DNA of 26,831 nucleotides from NCBI GenBank assembly GCA_965644295.1, contig CBFFRP010000325.1, positions 1 through 26,831 of the forward strand. The letters run 5' to 3'. The stretch's first letter is position 1, and the number at the start of each line of letters is the position of its first letter. Below the pieces are notes generated by a model, which was not told the origin of the DNA, made no database searches, and worked only from the letters and a program-made list of their open reading frames with translations. Shown here piece by piece: positions 1 to 10,500 of the stretch. The stretch is from Paraphysomonas bandaiensis. Taxonomy: Eukaryota > Protista > Chrysophyceae. The translations under genes and the position numbers were made by a program.

Positions 1-44
1 CTACAACTACATTAAAGTGCTTTAAGCATTGCAATTACACATTA

Positions 45-227
45 TTATAAAAAAGTCATATAGATAACAAAGTAGATTTAATAAGTAGTTTTAATGGTAG
101 AATCCCGGGGTTTTATAACCTTTACAAATTTAAATTATTTTTCATTTTAATTTTTCCCTCTCTCTATATCTACTATTAAATCTACTTATTAAATCTACTT
201 TGTTATCTATATTACTTTTTATTATAA
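45..227. repeat. AT-rich ~57-bp inverted repeat (arms ~45-101 and ~169-227), MITE/foldback-like
   Basis: TATAGATAACAAAGTAGATTTAATAAGTAG in the left arm is the exact reverse complement of CTACTTATTAAATCTACTTTGTTATCTATA in the right arm. Pairing extends to ~57 bp with a few mismatches and indels. Spacer is ~67 bp. Confidence 0.85.
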
Positions 228-289
228 CAATATAAATAATATATAAAGTTATTAATTTTATTTAAGAATATAAATAATATATAAAGTAA

Positions 290-443
290 TTATAACTTAT
301 TAATAATAAGTTATAAGTTAAACTTACAAAGAGAAGGAATTACAACCGAAGGTTGTAATTGGAAACACTCGAAGAGAAGAGGCCCCTTGAGGGGCATGTG
401 GGGTAGAAAAGAGGCCCCCTCGTTCCCGCCTCCCCGTTTTTTT
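290..443. other. Cluster of short perfect hairpins ending in a T7 tract
   Basis: TTATAACTTATT-aat-AATAAGTTATAA (290-316); AATTACAACC-GAA-GGTTGTAATT (338-360); CTC-GAA-GAG; GCCCCT-tg-AGGGGC; GAGG-ccc-CCTC; then CCCCGTTTTTTT. Confidence 0.6.
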
Positions 444-505
444 GTTAGAAAACATACCATCTGCCATTTTATCACGTATAAATTAACATTCATTCACGAA
501 CATAT

Positions 506-1411
506 CTACAATGCCACACCTCCAGGTTGTGTGTATCTGCCCAACCGTCTCTGCCTCAAGTCAGATGAACTCAAGTAATCGGCTGAGTGATCGGTATTAG
601 AGTTACTATGGAGGTCAGATGCTGGGCTATGTCTTGTGCTGTCCGTGCCAAGAGTTCCACTTCCATACGTTCTGTGCCTCGTGGGACGCCCTCCAGTTAA
701 CCCTGAAGCATTTTGATACTGCAACAGAGGAATATACACATGACAATACAGTACCCCCGCCAATATACCACACATATGCCCCAACAGCGATGAATTCGGA
801 AATAGGACAGAAACAACCAACATTTCCAACCATGCCGCATACTTGGTAGGAATAGATATTCCATATATGATAGAGTTAGCAGGTGACGAGTGATTCAGTA
901 CATATTTCAGCGCAAACAAGACAGCTGAGAAACCAACGGCGCATGTATTGAATTTTGAAGGGTCAATCTGCGTCTCGTAGAGGAAGTAGGCAATTAAAAC
1001 AACCAGCGAATGAGATACTATCCAAGTGAAAGCAATTAAATGAAAAAACTCCATCGAACCCAGTGATAGTTCCAAATTGATACCTTTCCAACACAATGAT
1101 ATCATATTATAGTATAGATGCATGTCATCAGCATGAATGATACCACTCAAGACGAGTCTATTAAGAAGCACCTCATTCCTCCTCGTTAAGTAGTCCCACA
1201 CTACACTCGGGTTCAGACAATTCTGCTGTATGTTCCCCAAATTATAACCAAGAAATGAAAACGGATGCACGTAAGCGACTATGTTCATGCCCAGCAGAGC
1301 GATAGTCACTGGAGGCTTCACAGGTAACTTATTGAGCTCTGATGCGATGTTAACTATAAGCAACATCACTGTCGGAGACACCCCTCGGCGACGATTATGA
1401 TGATGATGCAT
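506..1411 (-). CDS. RHBDD1: Rhomboid intramembrane serine protease, RHBDL4/RHBDD1 (plant RBL14) type, single exon, ~301 aa
   Basis: Motifs PPVT, HADDMHLYYNMISLCWKG, catalytic Ser motif AVGFSAVLF and catalytic His motif LLGHMCGILAG. C-terminal LRQRRLGRY resembles the p97/VCP-binding motif of RHBDL4. I prefer the start at 1411 (MHHHHNRRRG) because the in-frame extension to 1600 looks non-coding. Confidence 0.9.
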   Translation of the reverse strand: MHHHHNRRRGVSPTVMLLIVNIASELNKLPVKPPVTIALLGMNIVAYVHPFSFLGYNLGNIQQNCLNPSVVWDYLTRRNEVLLNRLVLSGIIHADDMHLYYNMISLCWKGINLELSLGSMEFFHLIAFTWIVSHSLVVLIAYFLYETQIDPSKFNTCAVGFSAVLFALKYVLNHSSPANSIIYGISIPTKYAAWLEMLVVSVLFPNSSLLGHMCGILAGVLYCHVYIPLLQYQNASGLTGGRPTRHRTYGSGTLGTDSTRHSPASDLHSNSNTDHSADYLSSSDLRQRRLGRYTQPGGVAL

Positions 1412-1741
1412 GATGCAAGTGACAACACAGCTTAGCTTACTGGCAGCAACTGCCCTTGCTTGTTCTGGACTAGACTGTATACTGTACCATGCCGCATGGT
1501 GTACTGCTGCACTGAGCTCTATGCTGGTACGTCTTGCTCGCTTTCTACACTGCTGTATACGGTATACTACACATATACCACCGTATAGGTATGCAGCCAT
1601 TGTCTTGCCTATGGGCTATCCGTTTGTTTCAGTCTACAGGACATATACGCACTATACAGCAGTGTATATCCGCATATTTGAAATCATAGTACAGCTGCAG
1701 TATTGTACATGTCGTACGCCATAGTATGGTATGTATATGCA

Positions 1742-2092
1742 TACACAGAGAGTAGCATAGTCTGAGCTGAGGGGAGGCTCTCAACACATCGAGGGAATCA
1801 ACAGGATCTCATAGAGGTGCTTTGCATGAGTGATATCAGAGTGTTTCTGGTCGTATCCATTGCACGCCTATAGCCCATAGACTGACTGTTTCTCACTGCA
1901 TCGGACTGTGTATATCTCACTAGCAGATACATCGAATCGCACCGTATGGACGCCAGCATCGTTGAGTTACTGAATGGGATTGAAGGGGCTGATAAGTACT
2001 TACTGTCCGATAACACTGATAGAGAGGGAGCCCATTACTCTCACTCTGATGATGTGTTCATAGACGAGAATGGAGTGCCCACTGACAGGTAG
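1742..2092 (+). pseudogene. Possible decayed coding fragment of unknown family
   Basis: One frame reads QQDLIEVLCMSDIRVFLVVSIARL*PID*LFLTASDCVYLTSRYIESHRMDASIVELLNGIEGADKYLL...DENGVPTDR*, with in-frame TGA 1763, TAG 1871 and TGA 1883. Composition is protein-like but no domain is recognisable. Confidence 0.3.
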
Positions 2093-2098
2093 CCCGCA

Positions 2099-2276
2099 GA
2101 CACCCTCATCATATGACACCCCCTCTATATAACACCCTTATGATGACACTCTCACTATATAACACGCTATTATATGACACGCTCAAGATATTACACTCTT
2201 ATGATAACACTCTCTTATGAGGACACCCTCTATATAACACTATTATCATTAAGTGTCATCATAACACTCTTATGAT
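2099..2276. repeat. Degenerate minisatellite, ~11 units of 14-16 bp (consensus approx. RACACYCTYWTATAT)
   Basis: Units include gacaccctcatcatat, gacaccccctctatat, aacacccttatgat, gacactctcactatat and aacacgctattatat. One unit is inverted (aagtgtcatcataa, ~2251-2264). Confidence 0.8.
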
Positions 2277-2360
2277 TGTAGTGATCAGTCAAATAAATTT
2301 GTAGCCTTGTTAATATATTGATATAATATCTTATGTGGTTAAAGTTTTTTACAATCCATA

Positions 2361-4868
2361 ATGAGAGAGAGCTCGATGAACGCGAAAACTGCAGAGAATT
2401 CGACCACCAATCCCCCTAACGGAGACAAAGTAAAGGTTACGTCAATCTATATATGTTGCTATTGCAATCATAAAGTATGCTGTTGTAGGATGTCACCACT
2501 TACGGTATGAGACAAAGCTACACGTCAGATTCATCCAGTAGTGATCGAGATAGTGACAGCTGGAAAGATTACATTCAGGAAACTTCCGGTAGTCGTACTT
2601 TAGCCAGAAAAATGTCACACAGGAGAACGAAGAATTCAGCATCGAAACCGTCAAAACGTCCCAGCAAGAGACTATATGACCCCACAACCCAGTGTACAAG
2701 ACGACCCTCACAACACAAAGGAAACGCAGTGAACGCCCGCTCTGGAAGTAAAGTAAGAAAGACAGCTAAGTGTAGTGTGTACGGCGCACTGGCTGGGGAC
2801 TGTTGTGTGGGAGCTTCATTTGAAAAACATGCGCCCACCTTGGGGCCAGGGGGGCAACAATCCCTCTCACAGGCGCAAGCTGAAGAGGCGGGACAGAAAA
2901 TCAAAGCTCTTAAGCTACGCATTCAAGGTCAGCTCCAATGCATTCGAACCTTGGAGACCCAGCTCTCGGAAGCCACCCACAACTTAACTCTGAAAGATAC
3001 GCAGCTACAGGAAGCCTTTAAGAGGTTGTTAGTCCTTGAGAAGAGAGAGAGACTGAGACAACGAGCAGCCGCAGATGAAGATAAGGCACTGGCAGTAGGT
3101 GTGGGGCACAAGCGTACAGAAGAAAGCAAAATGTATCAGCTGAAGGTATACCCTTGAATGCTATATTATCGGGTAGATATGTACTTTGCTATCGATTAGT
3201 TGGGAATGAACAGTGTGCTCTATTATAACATAGTCTTTAATTCTTCTTATCTGTGTAGACAGAGTTGGTTGCTCTTCAGGCCCAGCTGAGTGAGGAGCAG
3301 GCGAGACGACACAGGTCCGAGGAACGCTTGCAGCTCATGAAGAACTATGTGGAAAAAACAAAGGTGTGACAGTCACACGTTTGGTGTAGTGTCATCTGTC
3401 CGAGTACATGATTACTCCCTTGCTTATACATTGTTGTATAGGACCGAGCGCAGACAGCAGAACAGACAATTGAAAGCCAGAAACTGACTATCAGTGAGTT
3501 GGAAACCAAGTTGCAGCGACTTAGACGAGAGTTCAAAGGCTCCCAGGCAGCTGTCAATGCAGAGAAAGCGCGTGCAGTTGAAGGGGAAACTGAACTTTTC
3601 AAGGTTCAACAGCGAGCCGATAGAGCAGAAAAGTTAGTACGAGAGGTATGGATTATAAGAATTATAATTTGACCTCGTATCGTATATGGAAGAAGATATG
3701 TTTGCACTATAACCGGTAATATGATCTGTGTACCGTGAATAGGTTCGGCAGGATGTAGACCGTTACAAGGAAGAGGCAAGGTTACTACGCATGGAGCTAT
3801 CGGCTGCTGACGACAGAAGCAGGAGGTATATAAATATGTGCCACACACACGTGTATGAATTCTGATATGGTTGGTGCCCTCGTAGAAGTTCAGTTTAGAC
3901 AAAGAGTTAGTATACTAACATTGCGATGTATAGGTGTCAGTTGGAGCTGGAGGTTCTCAGAGAACGCAAAACAGCGCGCTTAGCGGAGGATCGGTTAAGA
4001 GACCTGCACCATCGTACCTTCCGTGCTGACCCAGATAGCCGGTCTTTTTATGAAACTAGTTACGATGGGTCTGATATTGGAGAGACTCGCCGGGCCAGTA
4101 GGAAACGATCCACTTCCGTTCCGGACTACATGAGAAGGTTGTTTGTGATGTGCTGCTGTTGCGTTGTAGTAATGTGATTTTGAATAGTAGTGGTGTTTCA
4201 CTTTTAACGAGTGTGTTTCTGTTGTATAGGTATTATAAAGATACGGACTGCATGAGCACCAGTACAATGGAAATGGAAGAGTCTGAGCACAAAACAAGAC
4301 GAAGTGGACGTAAGATGTCAACACTTTCCAACAACTCTTTCACGGAGAGGACTCGTCCTCGTTTTGCCTTCGACGATATCGATAGCAACGTAAGTAGTAG
4401 CAGGGAAAGGGATAGGAGAAAGTCGGGGGATCGACAGTCGGAGGTTTCGTTGAGCGACGCTAGGGATCTTCTCGGGGAGAGGGCTGGCGCTAGGGACGCA
4501 GCCCATTTGGATGAGAATAGTGTTACAAGCAGTTCGAATCCACTCAATACGACAGGTAGAATCTCAGTACTTGGCGATGTATAAGGGTTTTTTATGTATT
4601 TGGTTGTGTGGTATTCTGTCATTTTTGGTGTATGATGGAAACGGTTGAGGTGGACCACTGGGATAGAAACGATGAAATCCCCTCCTGATCCACCTCAAAC
4701 TTTTTGCGTACTGGACTTAATGTTTTGTGTTACTGTACATGCACTAATGTATTTTTAGGTGCGTCTGCGGCAAGTGGCGTAAAGGATCAGTATGATCGGT
4801 TGCAAAAAATGTACGAGAGGGTAACCGGCAAACAATCTAAGGGGGGTGATGCTAAAAATTACTTTTAA
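2361..4868 (+). CDS. Uncharacterised coiled-coil protein with Ser/Arg-rich disordered ends, ~8 exons
   Basis: In-phase GT-AG splicing joins ATG 2361 (MRESSMNAK), the 2489-3146 exon and heptad-rich exons (TELVALQAQLSEEQARR; TIESQKLTISELETKLQRLRRE; VRQDVDRYKEEARLLRMEL). The last exon is ASAASGVKDQYDRLQKMYERVTGK...KNYF-TAA (4866-4868). Confidence 0.8.
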
Positions 4869-5447
4869 TCTATTTTTCACACAGGTGCGGAGTTTTGTTA
4901 ATATATCCAGCCCAGTTGGTTATGTGAAATAGTGGTGGTGATGTGCGTGTATTGCCAGTGATTTCGTGTTGCATTTTCGTAATATATAAATATTAAACAA
5001 CTACAAGTCTTTATTTTATTATGATAATGAAGTGTTTCGAAGTAGTTTAGATAAACTAAAATCGAGTCCTGCAAAATTATTGCTGCCTAAGATCTTAAAT
5101 TATTGATTTTTTGTTGCAATAAAATAAAATAACATTTTTTTGTAAATTCGACAATGTTCATTGTCCTTCGCAACGGACTGTTTCTGCTTCTAGTTGTAAT
5201 CGGCCAAGAGTACTATATCTAATGTTAACCCTCTGATTTCGTCCATTATCACATTATCATATATATGAATACATTTGGTTCGTTTTCCGGACTTTAAAAA
5301 CATTTATACTGGCAGACTTTAAAACATTATCCTTTTATATATGCCATCGTGGATTCCCAATTGTCGACAATCTCATTCATGTCATATATTCTTCATTTAC
5401 CAGGATACCAAATTTGCAACCGATAAAATCCAATACTATCTTTGTGA

Positions 5448-5522
5448 CATTGCAAGTAACCCCATTACCAAAAAATATAGTTTCATCGAAACAAATTTTT
5501 GGTAATAGAATTAATTGCAATG
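5448..5522 (-). other. ~75-nt long hairpin
   Basis: Pairs CATTGCAA/TTGCAATG, TAA/TTA, ATTACCAAAAA/TTTTTGGTAAT and inner GTTTC/GAAAC. The CCCC/AGAA mismatches become G-U/G-C pairs on the minus strand. Confidence 0.65.
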
Positions 5523-6309
5523 ACCCCTGTGTCAACTAGAGAGGAGTAAATGACACCTTATAATAAAGACATCGTGTCACTAATTGTGTGTAACAGAATT
5601 TTAATTTTGATTCATACATTGCAAAGCACATATATTCAAACGGATAGACCCATCACCACCATAATATATTTATATATCTTTGATTTGTTCTGACAACTAA
5701 ATGAATATAAAAGAACACGAATTCTAGAATTGTACTTGGTATACAAGAATAATACAGCATAAATTTGTACCTACAATATATTATATAGCAGACGTATTTA
5801 TATATTATATGCTTTAAGCTAGTCTGTAGCGTATTGGATTTTTAGTTAAATTCCTTATTTATTATGTTGTTTTGCGCATGTTTGAAATTCTGTTCTGATT
5901 ATATAATGTTAACTATGCACATTACTTTTGACATACACATCATAAATAACGAAATTCGTAACGGAATTAGATATAATATAGTAGTAGCTATATTTAAAGT
6001 GGATGAAATGTATGGTGTGCCGGCTTGTGTTACAAGTAATTGCTTTTCAATTTGTTTGAAATACTAATCAATTAAATCAATAAGTTTAAAAAAATGATAA
6101 TTACAATTGTTATTAGTATAGGTGACGTTGTGTTGTTGTCAATTAATTGGCTAGCATATGATATACATATCATAATATATACACTTTAACCACACAGCAC
6201 CCATGAGTAATATAATATGTCAGCACCTACCTTGACAACACGATAGTTGTAATACACAGCATTATTGGTTACAGATATTCATCACATCGTTTATAAACTT
6301 TTTGTGATT

Positions 6310-6995
6310 AGATGGAGAAGAACAGCTTAATCTCTGAGTGATTACAAAAGCGGGCAACTTGTTCAAAAAGAGAATCAAATTGAAGTAATTTCGCTCAATG
6401 AGGAATAAGGTGATGATGAAAGTGAGGGACTAGTTATTCAGAATATCATCGGAGCACAGCGTTTGGTTGATGATGGTATACAAGCAGACAGCAGAAGCGA
6501 GCAAGTCTACACAAGTAAACCTTATACTGCAGATTGAAGCACTTTCATTCCACAACCAATTATATAACAGGGTAGTGCTAAGATTGTTTTGTGGCTGATT
6601 AGTGCAAAAGTACAACTCCTCGGCATTTAGAGGTACTACGTATAAATCATCACTTCTGGAATAATGAAATGAGAGTTGGCTTCTAATGTATGGCTGATAG
6701 AGTATCAATTTATGTAGTTTAGTATAATTTAATTGTAATATTATTGACTACAACCTGTGCCAATTAATTGACAGTTGTCGACGTAATATAATAAAGTATT
6801 GTTAGTAGATGTAGTGCACCTAGATTTTGCATCCGTTGAGTAGTGAAAGACTTACGCAGAGTTTGACTATGTGTAGAACTGAAAGAAGTCTACCAAAGAA
6901 AGTAATACATGATTCCAAATACTCAAAAACCAAATTCAATCAGCTAATCCAACAACTTGGAGACGAATTTTAGCATCTACTTTTCGTAGATACGT
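6310..6995 (+). pseudogene. Heavily decayed coding remnant, family unknown
   Basis: Protein-like frames are broken by many stops, e.g. QKENQIEVISLNEE*GDDESEGLVIQNIIGAQRLVDDG...YTAD*, and FASVE**KTYAEFDYV*N*KKSTKESNT*FQILKNQIQSANPTTWRRILASTFRR after an intron-like AT tract ending CTAG at 6823. Confidence 0.4.
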
Positions 6996-7580
6996 TAAAT
7001 GTGATGCTATAATATTTTTGATTCTATATATATTAAATTATTAATTTAAGCTTTTAGTTAGTGCAATATTGATTGATTGATATTATAGGAGATATAGTAA
7101 AGTTATGATGTTGTAGCACTGTGAGTTAGGAACCACGTCATTCACCAACATCAACATTCTGTTCTACAAATCGTATCTTTAACAGCTACTATATTTTCAG
7201 TTTCTTTGTATACTTGTAATAGCTACTCCTATAGTGTAGTCATGTATATTCTGTATTTCATTGCTACATAGAATACAGGATAACTACTAGCGATTGGCTT
7301 TACCAAACTTCAAGTACGCACGTAGGAGTTGGTTGTAGTTCAATATAAATGGCTTAGAAGTTTATAGTAAGTAATTTTTGCATCACTGAATTCTGAAGGA
7401 ACATCATATAGAAGCATTTAAATGTAAAAAATGACATCAACTTAATAATTATTGTCATTGCGGAAATTGATCTTAGGTACAGGTCACAAACACATGCTTA
7501 CATGGCAGATGAATTTAGAATACCTGAACAACTCAAATGTGGGAAAATTATGATCATTCACTAACTAAAAAAACAGTAAT

Positions 7581-10500
7581 CTAAAGTATATCACCATGAA
7601 TGTCACAAGCTGTACTATATATATTTACATCACAACGGAATATAGGAGGCCCTCCATCATACATATCGGACAACACTTTCCATACCCCTGGACTCACAAC
7701 TACGTAGTCTATATCCATTCTTAGATCTGCTAGCAAATGGTCGTTTAATACCACCTCTCTTACCATAGAATCGCCAGGGGACTGCCGGTTAGACACATGG
7801 CGCATAGCTTGTCTATGTGGACTATCTCGGCGCAGTAGCCTGAAATTGCTAATTGGACCTGGAGGGGATTGAGGGTACTCAATATCTTCATGAGCCCCAG
7901 CCTGAACAAAAAGTCGCCATCTATCTAGCCACGGCTTATGAACGATGCAACAGTAACTGACATCTTGTAGTGGTCGCACTTGTAAAATGCGACAAATAGG
8001 GTCCTCGGATGAATCATCACTCAGCTTATCACTTTGGTCACAATGCACAGCATGTTTCTCGTCACAGTTGGTTTTACTAACGTCAGTATCTGATGATGGA
8101 GTGCACATATGATCAACAGCACCAGAATTCGTCCTCGGAATCGTGCCTTCCTCACTTCCTTTTCCACCATCCTGTAAACTAGGAAGTTGTTTTTTCTTCC
8201 CCAGCGAACTCAATCGAAACGACTTTCGATCGAACCAGTTCTTGAGTGGCTCTTGAGCTTCGCTGGACTCACTAACATCAGGACTTACTGCCGACGGGGA
8301 GGTCTTGCGACGTAACGAAATCCATGCCGCTGATATTCTCCTGACGATACCTGTTGTGCTCCTGAACTTACGACGCAATGCTTCCAAGTCATTTGAGGTT
8401 TCGGGTAGAGTGGTGTTATGCTCGGCCTGCATGTCCCTGACGGGAACTTTGACATTAAATTTGTCCCGTTTCTTCAGCTCTGCATGCACCTCTCTGAGTA
8501 TGCTCTCATTCGTTTCCTCAGGAAGGGGGTCTTCATAACCGTCTAATATATTCTCAATAACTACGCGTTCCATTTCGTTACTTCGCCGGTCCATCAAGGC
8601 CGCGTGCTTTTCCATACACTCCGCACAAGGCTCCATGTCACTACAGTTACCAATTAGTGAAAGAAAGCACACGAATACATTAGCACTTACAGGAGTGGCC
8701 TGAAAAGATCTTTGTTGCGACTTATATCGTCTTTTGAAGGTGGAACGTTCTCCATATTGTCATTGTTGTGAATGGCGTAGCTATATTGCTCATATAAATA
8801 AATTTCTATATGCTTCCATAACCCAATATCGACAGGAATACATATAAGTTTCTTGCATGCGTGTAAGTGTGGTTTCAGATGGCCGTGCGGACAAGCGATG
8901 TCGTCGTTACATATTGGCCCAGGATCAGAGAAACTCAAAAACCTCATAATCCAGTACAATGATATGAACACTTGCGTCTTCTTCGGTGGAGTTTCCGGGA
9001 TAACATACTTGAGAGCGTTGTCATACTCACCTTCATCGAAGTCATCAATCTCGCCCCTCTCGTGTGCTAAGCGCCCCAATAAAGTTGCTTTGATCTCGCT
9101 TCTGATTCCATCTAACGCCTTAGTCCTAGGTGACAGCGGTCCATCTGGGTCCCTCTGCTTTCGCCGCTCCTCTTGTCTAGCCTTCACTTCTTTCATGCGA
9201 GCTTCTTTCCCTTGTTTAGCAATATCCTTCATGTTGTTTTGAACTACTTTCCACTTTGACCCCTTCTTTAGACGGCCGTAGGGAGGGGATGTCTTCTCCA
9301 CTGTACTCCTTCGGGCGAGGTTAGCGATACTTTTCCTACTAAAGTCCGAAAACCTTCGAATAGCACTACCAAACGATTTTGATCGCGCTGGTTTCTTCCG
9401 CCAGTACTTAAGGACATGCATAATCCCAAACCTCCTCAGCTTGTCCCGCTCCTGATCTGCTAAGTGTTTTAGGTATGTCCTCTCCTCCTCAACCAGTCTC
9501 CAGCGAGTGACCACCTCATCTTTCAGCATACGCTGTAGTTCAACTAACGGTGGATGGAACTTCCCACTTGTTGTGTCTTTCGGCGGCCCGCATTTGACGT
9601 AGAAGAGCATCAACGCCTCCCGACTCCGCACATACCGTTCTGAAACTTGCTTCACAAGATGGTCTTCGTATTCAAACCATATATCTTCAGGCATGTGCCG
9701 GGCAAGAGTGTTGTATTGACTCTTGTACTTATTCGTGCCTGCATGTTCAATAACTACCGCCAAGTTGTAAACTGGGTTCTGTTGCCACGAGCTCTGAAAA
9801 TAGCCGGATGAACTGTCAAGGTGGTCCCGCAGGTCAAAATTGTTGATCGGAAACTCGATTTTCGAATTTATTTTGGAATGGTGGAATCCCATATTCACAA
9901 ACCTATTAAAGTAAATAACAAGCACCTCAGGAGCGGTAGCGATATGCTTTGTTCTTTTCATGTCAAGCATATCGTCGCAACGTGGGCAGTACTGAGGAGT
10001 AGTCTGAGAAGAGATATCGCATTAACTCGACTGACAACCAATACACAAACGAACCTGAGGGGAAAAGTGCTGCTTCAAACAGTCTGATAGCGTCACGGCG
10101 GATCCTAAACCACGTATTCCAAACTCGATTCTGAAACACGTGGACATCACATTAAAGTGGTAACATATAGGTGAACTGACGCATCGCTGGACGGGAACAA
10201 ATATGCAGTGCGACAGGCACTTACTTTGCCGCATGTGCCATGTGCACAAATGTTCGAGGAAGATTTTTAACAATAGTGACAAAACTGTTATCATCTTCAA
10301 TCTCAGACTCAATGATAGACATTTTTGCTGTTTGCAGTTCGGAACTCTCATTTTCTTCTGGTTTAGCCTTCGCCTCGTCACCTGTGAATAAACTGTAATG
10401 ATTACACTATAATGTACGGGTGAATGACTCACGTGGGCTCATCATACTCAGTTGCATTCTAATAGAGGAGTTTCTGCGTCTGCGAAATGGAATCTTAGCC

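Noticed and set aside
1412-1724. N-terminal extension of the rhomboid ORF to 1600 and the antisense 104-aa ORF
   Set aside because: Low-complexity TAC/CAG/TGC-rich upstream sequence with no rhomboid-like features; the ATG at 1411 gives a typical length.
2099-2276. CRISPR array
   Set aside because: Units are 14-16 bp, degenerate and contiguous, with no unique spacers, no cas genes and a eukaryotic context.
5155-5169. 15-bp match TGTTCATTGTCCTTC to the reverse complement of ~15117-15131
   Set aside because: Flanks do not align, and roughly one 15-mer match is expected by chance in 27 kb across both strands.
6310-6995. Stop-codon reassignment as the explanation for in-frame stops in the remnants
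   Set aside because: The five intact genes have no internal stops and end in TAA or TAG; the remnants contain all three stop types plus frameshifts.
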